A stretch of DNA of 32,000 nucleotides from Promethearchaeum syntrophicum (GTDB lineage Archaea; Asgardarchaeota; Lokiarchaeia; Sigyniarchaeales; Promethearchaeaceae): positions 4,020,001 through 4,052,000 of the forward strand of contig NZ_CP042905.2 of NCBI RefSeq assembly GCF_008000775.2. Direction: 5' to 3'. The notes beneath the pieces are model-generated. The model did no database searches. It was not told the DNA's origin and saw only the letters and a program-made list of their open reading frames with translations. Shown piece by piece: positions 1 to 9,444 of this stretch. The first letter of the stretch is position 1. Every line of letters begins with the position of its first letter. Both the position numbers and the translations under genes were made by a program.

Positions 1-90
1 TTCTGCATATTGTAAGATTTCTGTTGCGTCTTCTGGTAATGCTTTCCGAATAATTAATACATCCCCGGATTTTAAATTAATTTCTTTCAT
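1..90 (-). CDS. GNAT-type N-acetyltransferase, N-terminal fragment (continues off the left edge)
   Basis: Not in the ORF track because it is open at the window edge. A minus-strand ATG at 88-90 reads MKEINLKSGDVLIIRKALPEDATEILQYAE with no stop down to position 1. The IR-A-EDA-I pattern resembles GNAT N-termini. The start overlaps the 3' end of the upstream DHH gene by 14 nt. Only 30 codons are visible. Confidence 0.4.
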   Translation of the reverse strand, partial: MKEINLKSGDVLIIRKALPEDATEILQYAE

Positions 91-1117
91 GTAAATTATT
101 CTCCAAGGGGATTAAATCCTTAATTGTAGGAGGAGGGATTATCTGTAAACTTGACAATTTCTTATCTAATATTTCTAGAAATTGATCCAATTTTTCTTTC
201 AACAATCGACATCCTAATGCATTAGCATGGCCACCAGCAGTTCCATCAAATTTCTCTACTATCGGTGGAATAATCATCTTGAGATCCACTAAATTTCTTC
301 CGCGGATTGTTATATCAACTAAATTGGGTTTAGATTTCAGATGTCGAATCGTCAACCCTAAATATAACCCAGAATGACCTAATATCCAATAAGCAATTTT
401 TGATCTTGAACCAAAAGGAGGATTGATTATATAGGCTAAATTTTCGCGCTTTTTATATAATGTTATAATTTTTTTTCGAATTTGTTTTTCTCTCCTACTA
501 ATTTTTAAGGCTCCCTCCGCCAAAAATTTAATATCACAAGGAAATTCTCCTTTACTTAAACGCTTAACCACATTTCTTAATGTATCATACCTTGAACCGT
601 TATTTGATTTCATCAAACCTTGCGCAAGCAGGCCTGCATCCAAAAATAAAGATCTTCTCTCATAATGATGCAGCATTTCTTGCATCAAAGGAGTATTATC
701 TAAATAATCACATATAGCTCCAAGTAAAGCAATATGATCGGCATTCTCGGGCAAATCGTGATAAAAATATCGATATACAATCTCAGTCGCCGAAACTCCT
801 TCTTTATGGATATTTATCACTGCGGGAGGGAGTGGTTTTGGCAATGAATGATGATCAAAATAATGAATGGAATGATTTTGGGCAATTTTTTCTAATCTTG
901 AGTAAGTTTTACTATAAGATCTCTTATCCTGTGCAATATCACAGATAATTAGGTCATCATCAATTTCTTTAATATCATGGCCTAAACCAGCGGGGTGAGT
1001 GAAAAAGACTTGGGCAGTGGAATATTTTTTGACCATTTTTATAAGAGCTGCAGAACATACACCGTCACCATCAAGATGTGTAAAAATTGTTGTCATGAGT
1101 AAAATAGAGTGTTTCAT
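77..1117 (-). CDS. DHH/DHHA1 family phosphoesterase
   Basis: 346-aa ORF with DHH motifs in order: HLDGDG (motif I), ICDIA (II), FDHHS (III). The C-terminal DHHA1 signature GGHANALG is present. Confidence 0.8.
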   Translation of the reverse strand: MKHSILLMTTIFTHLDGDGVCSAALIKMVKKYSTAQVFFTHPAGLGHDIKEIDDDLIICDIAQDKRSYSKTYSRLEKIAQNHSIHYFDHHSLPKPLPPAVINIHKEGVSATEIVYRYFYHDLPENADHIALLGAICDYLDNTPLMQEMLHHYERRSLFLDAGLLAQGLMKSNNGSRYDTLRNVVKRLSKGEFPCDIKFLAEGALKISRREKQIRKKIITLYKKRENLAYIINPPFGSRSKIAYWILGHSGLYLGLTIRHLKSKPNLVDITIRGRNLVDLKMIIPPIVEKFDGTAGGHANALGCRLLKEKLDQFLEILDKKLSSLQIIPPPTIKDLIPLENNLHERN

Positions 1118-1237
1118 CCTTATAAATTAAAAAAATTAATAATTAATTACAAGTTTCAGTGTTTTCTTTAATTTTCATAATAAATTGTTATTAAAACCAA
1201 CAATCATTTGTAAGATTACTAATTTTGGTGTTTAACT

Positions 1238-1987
1238 ATGCTAGGAAAATATGTCGAAATCGCACGCGGTGTGAAAGATTTAGATGCTACTTTACCTTAC
1301 TATGAAAAGATCGGATTAAAAAAAATTAAGGAAGGAAGCGAACCAATGAAATGGGCCCTATTTACTGATGGCCGAGTGAATATTAAACTATTTCAAATGG
1401 AGAATGAATTCACTGGTTTAATGTATTATACGGATGATTTGAGCGGAGTAAAACTTAATCTTAAAGATGCAAGAGTTGAATTTTCAGAGATGAAAGACCC
1501 TATGGGAAATGACATGATTATGTTGAAGGATCCCGACGATTTAAACATTGCTATAAGTGAAGAACCTTATGACGTAGATATTGTACCAGATATGTATGCG
1601 GAATCCAAAAATCCATACGGTTATTTTGGCGAATTCTCAATTACAGTAAAAGATCTGAATAAGTCCATTGAGTTCTGGGAAAAACTTGGGTATATAACTA
1701 CGATGAAAATGAAGATGGTATTTAAATTTGCTATTCTACTTGATGGTCGAATGGTAATCGGACTCCATCAAAATGCTAAGCAAGAAACAGAGGCAATAAC
1801 CTATTTCTCTCCGAAAATGAAGGAATTTATACCCAAACTTCAAGAAAAAGGGCTAGTTTTTCGAGAGGGTCCTATGGTAAAACTGAAAAAAGGCAATGGT
1901 ATTACAAGTGCACCAGATGGTCAAGTGTTCTTCTTTTTCAAAGGAAAGGTCAAAATGCCTGAAAAATATCATTATTTAATTCAATAA
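1238..1987 (+). CDS. VOC (glyoxalase/bleomycin-resistance/dioxygenase) superfamily protein with two tandem modules
   Basis: 249 aa with two repeats of the VOC beta-alpha-beta start pattern: YVEIARGVKDLDATLPYYEKIGL and FGEFSITVKDLNKSIEFWEKLGY. A GGTG lies about 10 nt upstream of the ATG. Confidence 0.65.
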   Translation: MLGKYVEIARGVKDLDATLPYYEKIGLKKIKEGSEPMKWALFTDGRVNIKLFQMENEFTGLMYYTDDLSGVKLNLKDARVEFSEMKDPMGNDMIMLKDPDDLNIAISEEPYDVDIVPDMYAESKNPYGYFGEFSITVKDLNKSIEFWEKLGYITTMKMKMVFKFAILLDGRMVIGLHQNAKQETEAITYFSPKMKEFIPKLQEKGLVFREGPMVKLKKGNGITSAPDGQVFFFFKGKVKMPEKYHYLIQ

Positions 1988-1993
1988 CTTCAA

Positions 1994-2002
1994 TTTTTTT
2001 TT
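1994..2002 (+). terminator. Oligo-T (T9) tract right after the VOC gene stop
   Basis: T9 run starting 7 nt after the stop codon (1985-1987). Archaeal RNA polymerase terminates at oligo-T. Confidence 0.4.
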
Positions 2003-2152
2003 ATAATTACACCATTAATTTATCTAATTGTATTCGTCTTCCAACAATTCATGCCAATTACATTTCATTAGTTGGAACTTAATTCTTAAAATCAAATTTG
2101 AATTTTCAATTTATAATTATTCGAAATTCTCATTTTTTCTTATCTTTTTGTA

Positions 2153-2185
2153 TTTTTGCAAAAATCTTTTTGCACTTTTGCAAAA
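2153..2185. promoter_or_regulatory. Array of three TTTTGCA(AAA) sites, a candidate operator upstream of the ABC genes
   Basis: Perfect palindrome TTTTTGCAAAAA at 2153-2164, TTTTTGCAC at 2167-2175, and palindrome TTTTGCAAAA at 2176-2185. The array lies about 100-130 bp upstream of the ABC ATPase start. Confidence 0.35.
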
Positions 2186-2281
2186 TATTAAATACGAATG
2201 ATTCCTTAATACTTTTGAATCTACATTTTTTCAAATTTTGATCGTAAAAAATCTCTCAAAAACCTATTGAGTGGTATTTAG

Positions 2282-3391
2282 GTGATGTTTGAAAAAATGC
2301 TACAAGTGAAAATTATGAGTAAAAATACAGAAAACGCAGAAGTTTACCTTCGTTTTAAAAACGTAACCAAGAAATTCGGCAACATTACTGCCGTGTCAAA
2401 CGTCAATCTCGATATCCATAAAGGTGAAATTGTCGGATTTTTAGGTCCAAACGGTGCAGGAAAATCAACTACTATGAAAATGCTGGCTTACCTGCTTAGA
2501 CCTACCGAAGGCGAAATTTTTATCCGAGGTAATGGAAAACTTGAAAAATTAACATCAAAAAATAAGGACTATCTTTTAGATAATATTGGTTTTTTAATCG
2601 AAAATCCGTTCTTTTATGGAAATATGACCCCGCGAGAGATTCTCTCATATTTTGGAGAATTAAAAGGGTATCCAAGAAGTAAAATTAAACAGAGAGTCGA
2701 GGATGTTGTTGCCATGGTACATATGATGGATTGGATTGATGTCAAAATCGGAAAATTCTCCAAGGGAATGAGACAAAAAATTGGAGTAATTTCAGCACTT
2801 GTCCATGATCCAGATATTATAGTTTTAGATGAACCTCATACAGGGTTAGATCCTACAGCACGAAAAATGGTGCGTGAACTTATTTTGAAATTAAGCGATA
2901 TGGGAAAAACCATATTCTTGAGTAGTCATCTATTATATGAGGTGAGTGAAGTAGCCGATAGAGTAGCGATGATTAATTTTGGTGAAATAATTGCTTGCGA
3001 TACTTTAGAGAAGTTGGAAGAAATGGCAAAAAAAAGTGAAATCCAAATGGAATTACTAGAAATTCCTGAAGCGGGAATAGAAGATACGATTAAGAATTTA
3101 GATCAGATCATAGGGCAACATACGGGATTAGATAACAAAAAAGACTATATCAGATTCAATCCCGATACCGAAATTTTTGAGATCCTCTTTAATGGAGACC
3201 CTAAAAATCAATTAGATATTTTCAAAGCGTTATTTGCTGCAGGGATAGATGTAATCGAATTTTCAGTACCCAAAGCAGGATTATTAGAAGATCTCTATTT
3301 GGATTTTATGGATGAATCTGAAAATGGAGAAAGTTCTAAAGCTAGAACAAAAGAACATTATCAAAAAAATGCTGGAGATATTAAAGTTTAG
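2282..3391 (+). CDS. ABC transporter ATP-binding protein (ABC-2/exporter type) with a C-terminal extension of about 130 aa
   Basis: Walker A GPNGAGKST, signature-like FSKGMRQK, Walker B IIVLDEPHTGLD, and an H-loop SSH. The start is uncertain: GTG 2282, or ATG at 2285, 2297 or 2315. Confidence 0.9.
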   Translation: MMFEKMLQVKIMSKNTENAEVYLRFKNVTKKFGNITAVSNVNLDIHKGEIVGFLGPNGAGKSTTMKMLAYLLRPTEGEIFIRGNGKLEKLTSKNKDYLLDNIGFLIENPFFYGNMTPREILSYFGELKGYPRSKIKQRVEDVVAMVHMMDWIDVKIGKFSKGMRQKIGVISALVHDPDIIVLDEPHTGLDPTARKMVRELILKLSDMGKTIFLSSHLLYEVSEVADRVAMINFGEIIACDTLEKLEEMAKKSEIQMELLEIPEAGIEDTIKNLDQIIGQHTGLDNKKDYIRFNPDTEIFEILFNGDPKNQLDIFKALFAAGIDVIEFSVPKAGLLEDLYLDFMDESENGESSKARTKEHYQKNAGDIKV

Positions 3392-4315
3392 GTGAATAAA
3401 ATGGCAGAAATAGAAATCAAAACTCAATCGGGTTTATATAATCTCCCAATAACTGAAGAGAGAACAAAGACCGGAACTAAAAGAAGTATTTTACAAATTA
3501 GAAAAACTATCACCTTTGAATTTGCACGAAATGGGAGAAGGGCAATCACCAGTTTATTTATTAGTTTTGCGATTTTTGCGTTATTCTTGATTGTCCAAAT
3601 TATTCAAGAAAATCAAGGTTCTCCAGTTCCTGAAGATCCCGCCGAATATTTTCAAGGATATTTATTTATGATTGATTTTCTCATTCTTATCATTGCAGCA
3701 ACTTTTGGAGGTTCAATTATTGCGGAAGATTTTGAGAAACAAACTGGAAATTTACTTTTTCCAAAAATTACAAAAGATAGGCTACTAGTAGGTAGAATTA
3801 TTGCACGTTATATTTACTCTATGGCTGCAGTTATCTTTTATTATATATTGGTGGCAATTACCACATTTATCAAATATGACGGAATTCCAAAGATAATCTG
3901 GGGATCATTAGGTTGGGCTCTGTTGTACACATTTGCGTTATTATCATTTGTTACAATGTTTAGTGCCCTAATGAAAAGGTCTTCTACTGCAATGATTAGT
4001 AGTATTCTCATAGTATTGATTGTGTTCCAACTTTTAACGATGATTCTTATGTATACGGGAGCAACAGTTGAACCTTTCTTTATGTTAACATATTATGCAA
4101 ATATAATTAGAAGCTGGTTTAATATGCCTGCTGATGATCAACGCTTTACCGAATTTTCATTTCGAGGTGGACCGAGTGGTCAAATGACAGATGGCAATAC
4201 CTATATGTCGTGGTCAACTCCAAGCGCAACAGGAGCAGTTATTGGAATGTTGGTTTATTCTGCAATCTGTTTAACAATTGCATATCTCGTATTTAGAAGA
4301 AGACAGAACAAATAA
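3392..4315 (+). CDS. ABC-2 type transporter permease
   Basis: Starts directly after the ATPase stop (GTG 3392 or ATG 3401). 307 aa with one N-terminal TM, a loop, then about 5 further hydrophobic helices, which is the typical ABC-2 layout. Confidence 0.7.
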   Translation: MNKMAEIEIKTQSGLYNLPITEERTKTGTKRSILQIRKTITFEFARNGRRAITSLFISFAIFALFLIVQIIQENQGSPVPEDPAEYFQGYLFMIDFLILIIAATFGGSIIAEDFEKQTGNLLFPKITKDRLLVGRIIARYIYSMAAVIFYYILVAITTFIKYDGIPKIIWGSLGWALLYTFALLSFVTMFSALMKRSSTAMISSILIVLIVFQLLTMILMYTGATVEPFFMLTYYANIIRSWFNMPADDQRFTEFSFRGGPSGQMTDGNTYMSWSTPSATGAVIGMLVYSAICLTIAYLVFRRRQNK

Positions 4316-4333
4316 GGTTGATAAAGGATTTTA

Positions 4334-4364
4334 TTTTTTTTCAATTTATTACAAAATTTTTTTT
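4334..4364 (+). terminator. Two T8 tracts after the ABC permease
   Basis: T8 at 4334-4341 and T8 at 4357-4364, beginning 19 nt after the permease stop. Confidence 0.4.
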
Positions 4365-4386
4365 AAATAATTAACAATGATTCCTT

Positions 4387-5259
4387 ATGCAGACCAATAA
4401 AAAATCTTCAACTTCCACATTTTCAGACACGAAAAAAGATTTCAAAGTAGCGTGGCAATTACTGAAAGGTAATTATAAGGCATTTATAGGAACAGAGACA
4501 TTTGCGGGGTTAGCATTTATAATAACGTTATTTATTTTAGGCTCAATTTTAATGTTGATTGTTGCGTTAATTCCTTCGTTGTCAGTTAGTGATTTTTTTG
4601 GTCGAATTTCAGAAAATTTTGGAATTTCGATGGTATTTCGATTATTAATGGGATTAATTGCGATTTCAATATTTTATGCGTTTTTGAATTCCCAACATGG
4701 TTTAGCCTATGATATTATGTCGTCAGGAGAAATGTTTGCTGAGTTTAAGAATTCATTTACGTATTTTAAAAGATTTTGGTGGCAATATCCAATATTATCA
4801 TTTTCTCTGTTCATAATAAATGGTTTATTTTCAGTATTGTTTAGAATGGATGGTTCAGGGCCACCATTTCATGATATCGATATGGATTTTGTTCAAATAA
4901 TAATAATTTTAGGAGAAGTGATTTTCTTTTTTATATGGTTTATCTTTTTTATTCATACGTTTCCAAGTTTGACTTCCCAAGGTAATTTTAAGCGAAGTTT
5001 TATTGAAAGTATTCGAATAATAAAGAGTAATCCTAAAAGAATTATTTCGACATGGGGTACTTATTTTCTGATTTTTGTAGTTCCAATAATTATTATAGCA
5101 ATTTTAGCAGAAGTTTATGGTTTTATAATTTTCTATGTGTTATTAGGAATCCTTTTTATCTTAGTAAGTTTGTTTGGGTTTCCTATGCTATCACTCTTAG
5201 CCTGTGGGATTTATAATAATGTAGAATTCAAACGATTTAAACAAAAATTAAAAGAGTAA
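4387..5259 (+). CDS. Polytopic membrane protein of unknown function
   Basis: 290-aa ORF with several long hydrophobic segments (for example GLAFIITLFILGSILMLIVALIP and IIILGEVIFFFIWFIFFIHTF). I recognise no catalytic motif. Confidence 0.6.
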   Translation: MQTNKKSSTSTFSDTKKDFKVAWQLLKGNYKAFIGTETFAGLAFIITLFILGSILMLIVALIPSLSVSDFFGRISENFGISMVFRLLMGLIAISIFYAFLNSQHGLAYDIMSSGEMFAEFKNSFTYFKRFWWQYPILSFSLFIINGLFSVLFRMDGSGPPFHDIDMDFVQIIIILGEVIFFFIWFIFFIHTFPSLTSQGNFKRSFIESIRIIKSNPKRIISTWGTYFLIFVVPIIIIAILAEVYGFIIFYVLLGILFILVSLFGFPMLSLLACGIYNNVEFKRFKQKLKE

Positions 5260-5283
5260 AAAGAAGAAAAAGAAAAATTTAAA

Positions 5284-5616
5284 GTGGTTATCATGAGTAA
5301 AAACACCAAGATCAACGCATCGGAAAAAGTAGAAATTCAAGATGAATTAATCATTACAGAGAGTTCTCTTGTTTTAATTATTTTACACGATAAGAAAAAG
5401 TTGATTTTGGAACAAATACTCGAAAAAGATATGACCATTCAAGATTTACGCCAAAAAATTGGACTTAATCCAGGTACGATAAAACGCCATTTAGATGATC
5501 TGAAATTGCATAACCTTGTTTTTGAAAGCCGCATAGAAAAAAATGATTATAACATTACAATGAAATATTATCGTGCGGTGGCAAGATCGTTTAAGATTAA
5601 CATACAGATCCCATAA
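5284..5616 (+). CDS. ArsR-like winged-helix transcriptional regulator
   Basis: The stretch ILEQILEKDMTIQDLRQKIGLNPGTIKRHLDDLKLHNLVFESR fits the ArsR/SmtB HTH plus wing pattern. The real start is probably ATG 5293 (MSKNTK) rather than GTG 5284. Confidence 0.6.
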   Translation: MVIMSKNTKINASEKVEIQDELIITESSLVLIILHDKKKLILEQILEKDMTIQDLRQKIGLNPGTIKRHLDDLKLHNLVFESRIEKNDYNITMKYYRAVARSFKINIQIP

Positions 5617-5640
5617 GATACGGATTCTATTATTTTATAA

Positions 5641-6390
5641 TTATTTTATAATATAAGTTCCTAAGATCCACACTAATATGGAAAGGAAATATGCCCATTC
5701 CCAAAATGGAACCAATTTCATATCAATAAAATATGTGCCCATCATCATTAAGAACGAAACATTAAATAACACATAAAAGGCACCAATCAAGATATATTTA
5801 GGCACTTTTAACGTATATTCTTCTCCCTTTTGTTTTCTTTTTTCGATAATATATAGAATCAGATCAGAATTTGCTTTGATAAAACTCCCTAAAAAACAAA
5901 TACTTGCAAATATTCCATGTGGTACTTCGAAATCTTGGGGGAAAATCCCAACAAAACTCATTGATAAGGAACATAAAATTCCAAGTGCTGTCGAGAGAGT
6001 CGAATAAATAATGGAAAGAGATTTGAGAATATGGTAAAGATATAAGAAATGGGGGATTGATAAAATTCCCAAAAGAACTATTCCAAAATTCCAAAGTTTA
6101 TGGCCAATAGGGTTGAGCATTATCCCACCTTGGTCACTAATTGTATTTCTAAAAATGGAATACGGCTCAGGGAAGACAATTTGAGCATAGACACTGATGA
6201 CAAAGAAGATAGCAAGAACGAAGAAAAAGTAATTTCGTGTTTGGTTTTTTGACGCTTTTCCTTTCATAACCTCAAGTGGTACGCGCAAATATACAAATCT
6301 CTGAAAAATATCATTTTCAGCATTTGAAAAAGATAAACGCGATAACAGTAGTTCCTTGGTGTTTTGAATTTTATATCGAAGCGTATCCAT
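5641..6390 (-). CDS. Polytopic membrane protein of unknown function
   Basis: 249-aa ORF with about 6 hydrophobic helices. The overlapping 76-aa ORF 5864-6094 is a shadow frame. Confidence 0.6.
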   Translation of the reverse strand: MDTLRYKIQNTKELLLSRLSFSNAENDIFQRFVYLRVPLEVMKGKASKNQTRNYFFFVLAIFFVISVYAQIVFPEPYSIFRNTISDQGGIMLNPIGHKLWNFGIVLLGILSIPHFLYLYHILKSLSIIYSTLSTALGILCSLSMSFVGIFPQDFEVPHGIFASICFLGSFIKANSDLILYIIEKRKQKGEEYTLKVPKYILIGAFYVLFNVSFLMMMGTYFIDMKLVPFWEWAYFLSILVWILGTYIIK

Positions 6391-6735
6391 TTTTATTTCT
6401 ATACAAATAATAAAACATTACTGTAATAAATATAATGAATAGACCAGTTTTTAGCAAGGCTTTTCCATAAAGAGTGCTCTAGATAATTAGAAAACTTTCT
6501 ATTTAGTAATATATTTAATGGATTGGTTTTCAGATGCTTGAATATAAATCTCGATTGATGTTCCAACATCATTCCCAAATTGAACAATACAACGATTGTG
6601 TCGTTTTATAGTCGAATGAGTAATCCATTGATCGATTTCCTGCTTTGTTGGATTACACTATGTTTAGAAATAAAAAACCAATCAAAAAAATATAAATCAA
6701 TTTACATTTATTGGTAAAAGAGTCAAAAAAGAATA

Positions 6736-7854
6736 TTATGAATAGACAGCTGCTGCTGGTCGGCCTTCTCTTAGTTTTCTTATGTATTGATCAAATGCTT
6801 TATAGAAATCATCTTTCGTTACTATTCGTCGATTTTCTCTAATTGCATTCATACCACTCTCTGTGCAAATACTTTTAATATCTGCTCCTGAGAGATTATC
6901 CAAATTACTTGCGATTTTCTTTAATTGGACATCTTCAGCCAGCGGCATGTTGCGTGTATGGATCTTGAAAATTTCGAGCCGTCCTTTTGCATCCGGGAGT
7001 TCAACTTTTATAATGCGATCAAATCGCCCAGGTCTCAATATTGCGGGATCCAATATATCAGGTCTATTTGTCGCTGCGATTATTTTTACTTGCTCATTTA
7101 TCTCAAAACCATCCATTTCTGCCAGTAACTGCATCAATGTCCTTTGTACTTCCCGATCCGACACTTGTGAATCTTGAGTTCTTTTTGAAGCTACAGCATC
7201 AATTTCATCAATAAATAAAACAGCAGGTGCTTTTTCTCGTGCCAATGAAAACAATTCTCGAACAAGTCGTGCACCTTCTCCAATGTATTTTTGAATTAAT
7301 TCAGAACCAACTAATCGGATGAATGTTGCATGGGTAGCATTTGCCACTGCTCGTGCAATCAATGTTTTTCCTGTTCCAGGAGGACCTTCCAATAATACCC
7401 CATTTGGAGGTTCAATTCCGACAATTGAAAAGAGTTCTGGGTTAGTAAGTGGGAGTTCAACAACTTCACGTAATGTAACAATAATATCATCTAAACCTCC
7501 GATATCCTCATAAGTTTCCATCGGTTTCTCATCCAATTCCATCCCTGCAATAAAGGAATCGACGTTTGAAGGCAAAATTTTTACAATTTTAAGGGTTTGC
7601 TGATCCACACCAACAGTATCTCCAGGTTTCAGTGTTTCAAATGGAGAGGCAACAAGAAAATCATTGCCAGAGGGTGTGTGAATTACAACAAATGATTCGT
7701 CGACTAGGCGTGAAACGGTTGCCAAAAGTAATGGAGGGATTGCCATTTTTTGTATTCGGCGCTGTAATCTATCAAGCTCACTTCGATATCTATCCCTCTC
7801 TCGTAATGCACGAGTTAATTGGTCACGAATTTTTTTTGTATCTGAATCTGTCAT
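6736..7854 (-). CDS. pan: Proteasome-activating nucleotidase (AAA+ ATPase, Rpt homologue)
   Basis: N-terminal coiled coil (IRDQLTRALRERDRYRSELDRLQRRIQ) followed by an OB-like segment. Walker A GPPGTGKT, Walker B LFIDEIDA, and RPGRFDR arginine fingers are present. The C-terminal ...AAVYS fits the HbYX proteasome-docking motif. Confidence 0.9.
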   Translation of the reverse strand: MTDSDTKKIRDQLTRALRERDRYRSELDRLQRRIQKMAIPPLLLATVSRLVDESFVVIHTPSGNDFLVASPFETLKPGDTVGVDQQTLKIVKILPSNVDSFIAGMELDEKPMETYEDIGGLDDIIVTLREVVELPLTNPELFSIVGIEPPNGVLLEGPPGTGKTLIARAVANATHATFIRLVGSELIQKYIGEGARLVRELFSLAREKAPAVLFIDEIDAVASKRTQDSQVSDREVQRTLMQLLAEMDGFEINEQVKIIAATNRPDILDPAILRPGRFDRIIKVELPDAKGRLEIFKIHTRNMPLAEDVQLKKIASNLDNLSGADIKSICTESGMNAIRENRRIVTKDDFYKAFDQYIRKLREGRPAAAVYS

Positions 7855-8135
7855 TTCTATCTAATTTTCCCGCTTTTGCGAACTCAACTAAATAATATGT
7901 TCTAGGTTTATAAAAAATTGGTAACAATAAAATTTTATGATTATAAAAAATCTGAAAAAAACCGTTATTAAAAAAAAATCTAATAAAATAATTGAATTTT
8001 CTTTTTATATTTTTAATTAGAATTTTTTCCAAATAATTTTATATCAGAAACTATGATTTGGAAATGTTAATCAAATAAAATCAAAAAATAGATTGAATTT
8101 CTTTCAAGTTTTTTCACTTTAAGAAATTTTAATAG

Positions 8136-8150
8136 AAAAAAAAAAAAAAA
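8136..8150 (-). terminator. Oligo-T (T15 on the minus strand) after the zinc-ribbon gene
   Basis: A15 on the plus strand at 8136-8150, which is T15 on the coding strand, 10 nt downstream of the stop at 8160-8162. Confidence 0.5.
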
Positions 8151-8159
8151 TCAGAAATT

Positions 8160-8360
8160 TCAATCATCATCCCATTTATACTCGGAGAATCCAAGGATTC
8201 TATCACAATGTGGGCAGACCCACATCTTAGCGTAATTTTTATAACCCAAATGCATTTTTGGACCATTAAATGCATGAGCTTTCCCAATTATCGGAATATT
8301 TTTGGTGGTAAAAAACATTTCGAAATCGACTTGGGCATCACAATAGGGGCAACGTGCCAT
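8160..8360 (-). CDS. Small zinc-ribbon protein (66 aa)
   Basis: Two CxxC pairs (CPYC near the N-terminus, CPHC near the C-terminus) and an acidic tail WDDD. It is bracketed by its own oligo-T tracts. Confidence 0.55.
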   Translation of the reverse strand: MARCPYCDAQVDFEMFFTTKNIPIIGKAHAFNGPKMHLGYKNYAKMWVCPHCDRILGFSEYKWDDD

Positions 8361-8488
8361 TAGAAAATCACTTTTTAATACCTATCAGAAATTATGATAG
8401 TCATGCATATTCCGTCTCTATGTATTATAAATTTAACCTTTGCGGAGATATTTCAGTTATCCTACGAATTGAGAACAGAATCAAAATT

Positions 8489-8500
8489 AAAAAAAAAAAA
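8489..8500 (-). terminator. Oligo-T (T12 on the minus strand) after the por operon
   Basis: A12 on the plus strand at 8489-8500, about 23 nt downstream of the porB stop (8523-8525). Confidence 0.5.
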
Positions 8501-8522
8501 TTTGAAGAGAAAATGTGGAGTT

Positions 8523-9443
8523 CTAAAGATCGCTTTGTTTTTCTAATTCCCATTTTAATTCTTGCCATAAATCATCGATATATTGTTCCCAAACCTTGTA
8601 ATCGTCTTCGGTAAAATGTTTAAATCTGGATTGCATTTTAAGGTAATCTCGAACATCTTTTCGTTTTGATTTATCAAGATATTTTTTACTTGGGTTAGAG
8701 ATTACTAATTTTCCCTCAATGACTTCCATTAAAGGCCAATATCCACTTTCAACAGCTTTTTTGGTTACTTCTACAGATTCATTAACCTTATGCCCCCACC
8801 CAGGCGGACAACTGCTAAGAATCTCAATGAATCGAACCCCTTTTCCGTTAAATTCTCTTGCTTTTTGAAATTTCTCAAATAGGTCTTGTGGATAACCCGA
8901 TGCGCAAGTTGCGATATAGCTCAAGCCATGAGCCCGCATTATCTTGAACATATTCTTGTTAACTTGAGCTTTTCCAATTATTGGGGTTGTGGTGGTTTTT
9001 GCTCCAAAGGGCGTTGCACTAGAGCGTTGTATTCCCGTATTCATGTACGCTTGATTGTTATAGCAAACATAGATGAAGTTACTTCTTCGTTCTGCAGCCC
9101 CGCTCAATCCTTGAATGCCAATATCATAAGTGCCACCATCTCCAGCCCACGCTACTACAACTGTTTCTTTATCTTTTCCTTTAGCAGTTAGAGCGGCAGA
9201 CACTCCTGATGCATGAGCAGCAACAGTTTCAAAGCAATCATACATAACCGGAACTTTGATAGGGGTATAGCCTCCTACTCCACCAGTTACAGTACTGCAG
9301 GATGCAGGATTACAAACAATTGTATTTGGACCTAAAGCTTTTAATGCCCATCTGTAGGCAATTTGAAGTCCACACCCAGAACACATTCGAGTGCCGGGAA
9401 GGATGTATTCTTCTTCAGGTAAATCTTTAACTTTAATAACCAT
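8523..9443 (-). CDS. porB: 2-oxoacid (pyruvate/2-ketoisovalerate):ferredoxin oxidoreductase, beta (TPP-binding) subunit
   Basis: 306 aa. An N-terminal Cys cluster region (CSGCG ... C) and the TPP motif GDGGTYDIG...N are present. It is the last gene of a G-D-A-B ordered operon. Confidence 0.9.
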   Translation of the reverse strand: MVIKVKDLPEEEYILPGTRMCSGCGLQIAYRWALKALGPNTIVCNPASCSTVTGGVGGYTPIKVPVMYDCFETVAAHASGVSAALTAKGKDKETVVVAWAGDGGTYDIGIQGLSGAAERRSNFIYVCYNNQAYMNTGIQRSSATPFGAKTTTTPIIGKAQVNKNMFKIMRAHGLSYIATCASGYPQDLFEKFQKAREFNGKGVRFIEILSSCPPGWGHKVNESVEVTKKAVESGYWPLMEVIEGKLVISNPSKKYLDKSKRKDVRDYLKMQSRFKHFTEDDYKVWEQYIDDLWQELKWELEKQSDL

Positions 9444-9444
9444 T

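Noticed and set aside
6502-6657. 52-codon stop-to-stop minus-strand frame (CNPTKQEIDQWITHSTIKRHNRCIVQFGNDVGTSIEIYIQASENQSIKYITK) that looks protein-like; a possible C-terminal gene remnant
   Set aside because: It has no ATG/GTG/TTG start, and the upstream frame is full of stops. I cannot assign a family by eye. It would need a tblastn/blastp check before being called a pseudogene.
6863-7895. Plus-strand ORFs of 64-104 aa (6863-7177, 6925-7128, 7319-7513, 7632-7895) inside the PAN gene
   Set aside because: They are antisense shadow frames of a strongly supported AAA+ gene. They have odd composition and no recognisable motifs.
6399-8614. Intergenic ORFs 6399-6587 (62 aa), 7823-8032 (69 aa) and 8354-8614 (86 aa)
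   Set aside because: They are I/F/K/N/Y-rich low-complexity translations of AT-rich spacers. 8354-8614 runs through the T12 terminator region and into the porB 3' end. No RBS or promoter support was seen.
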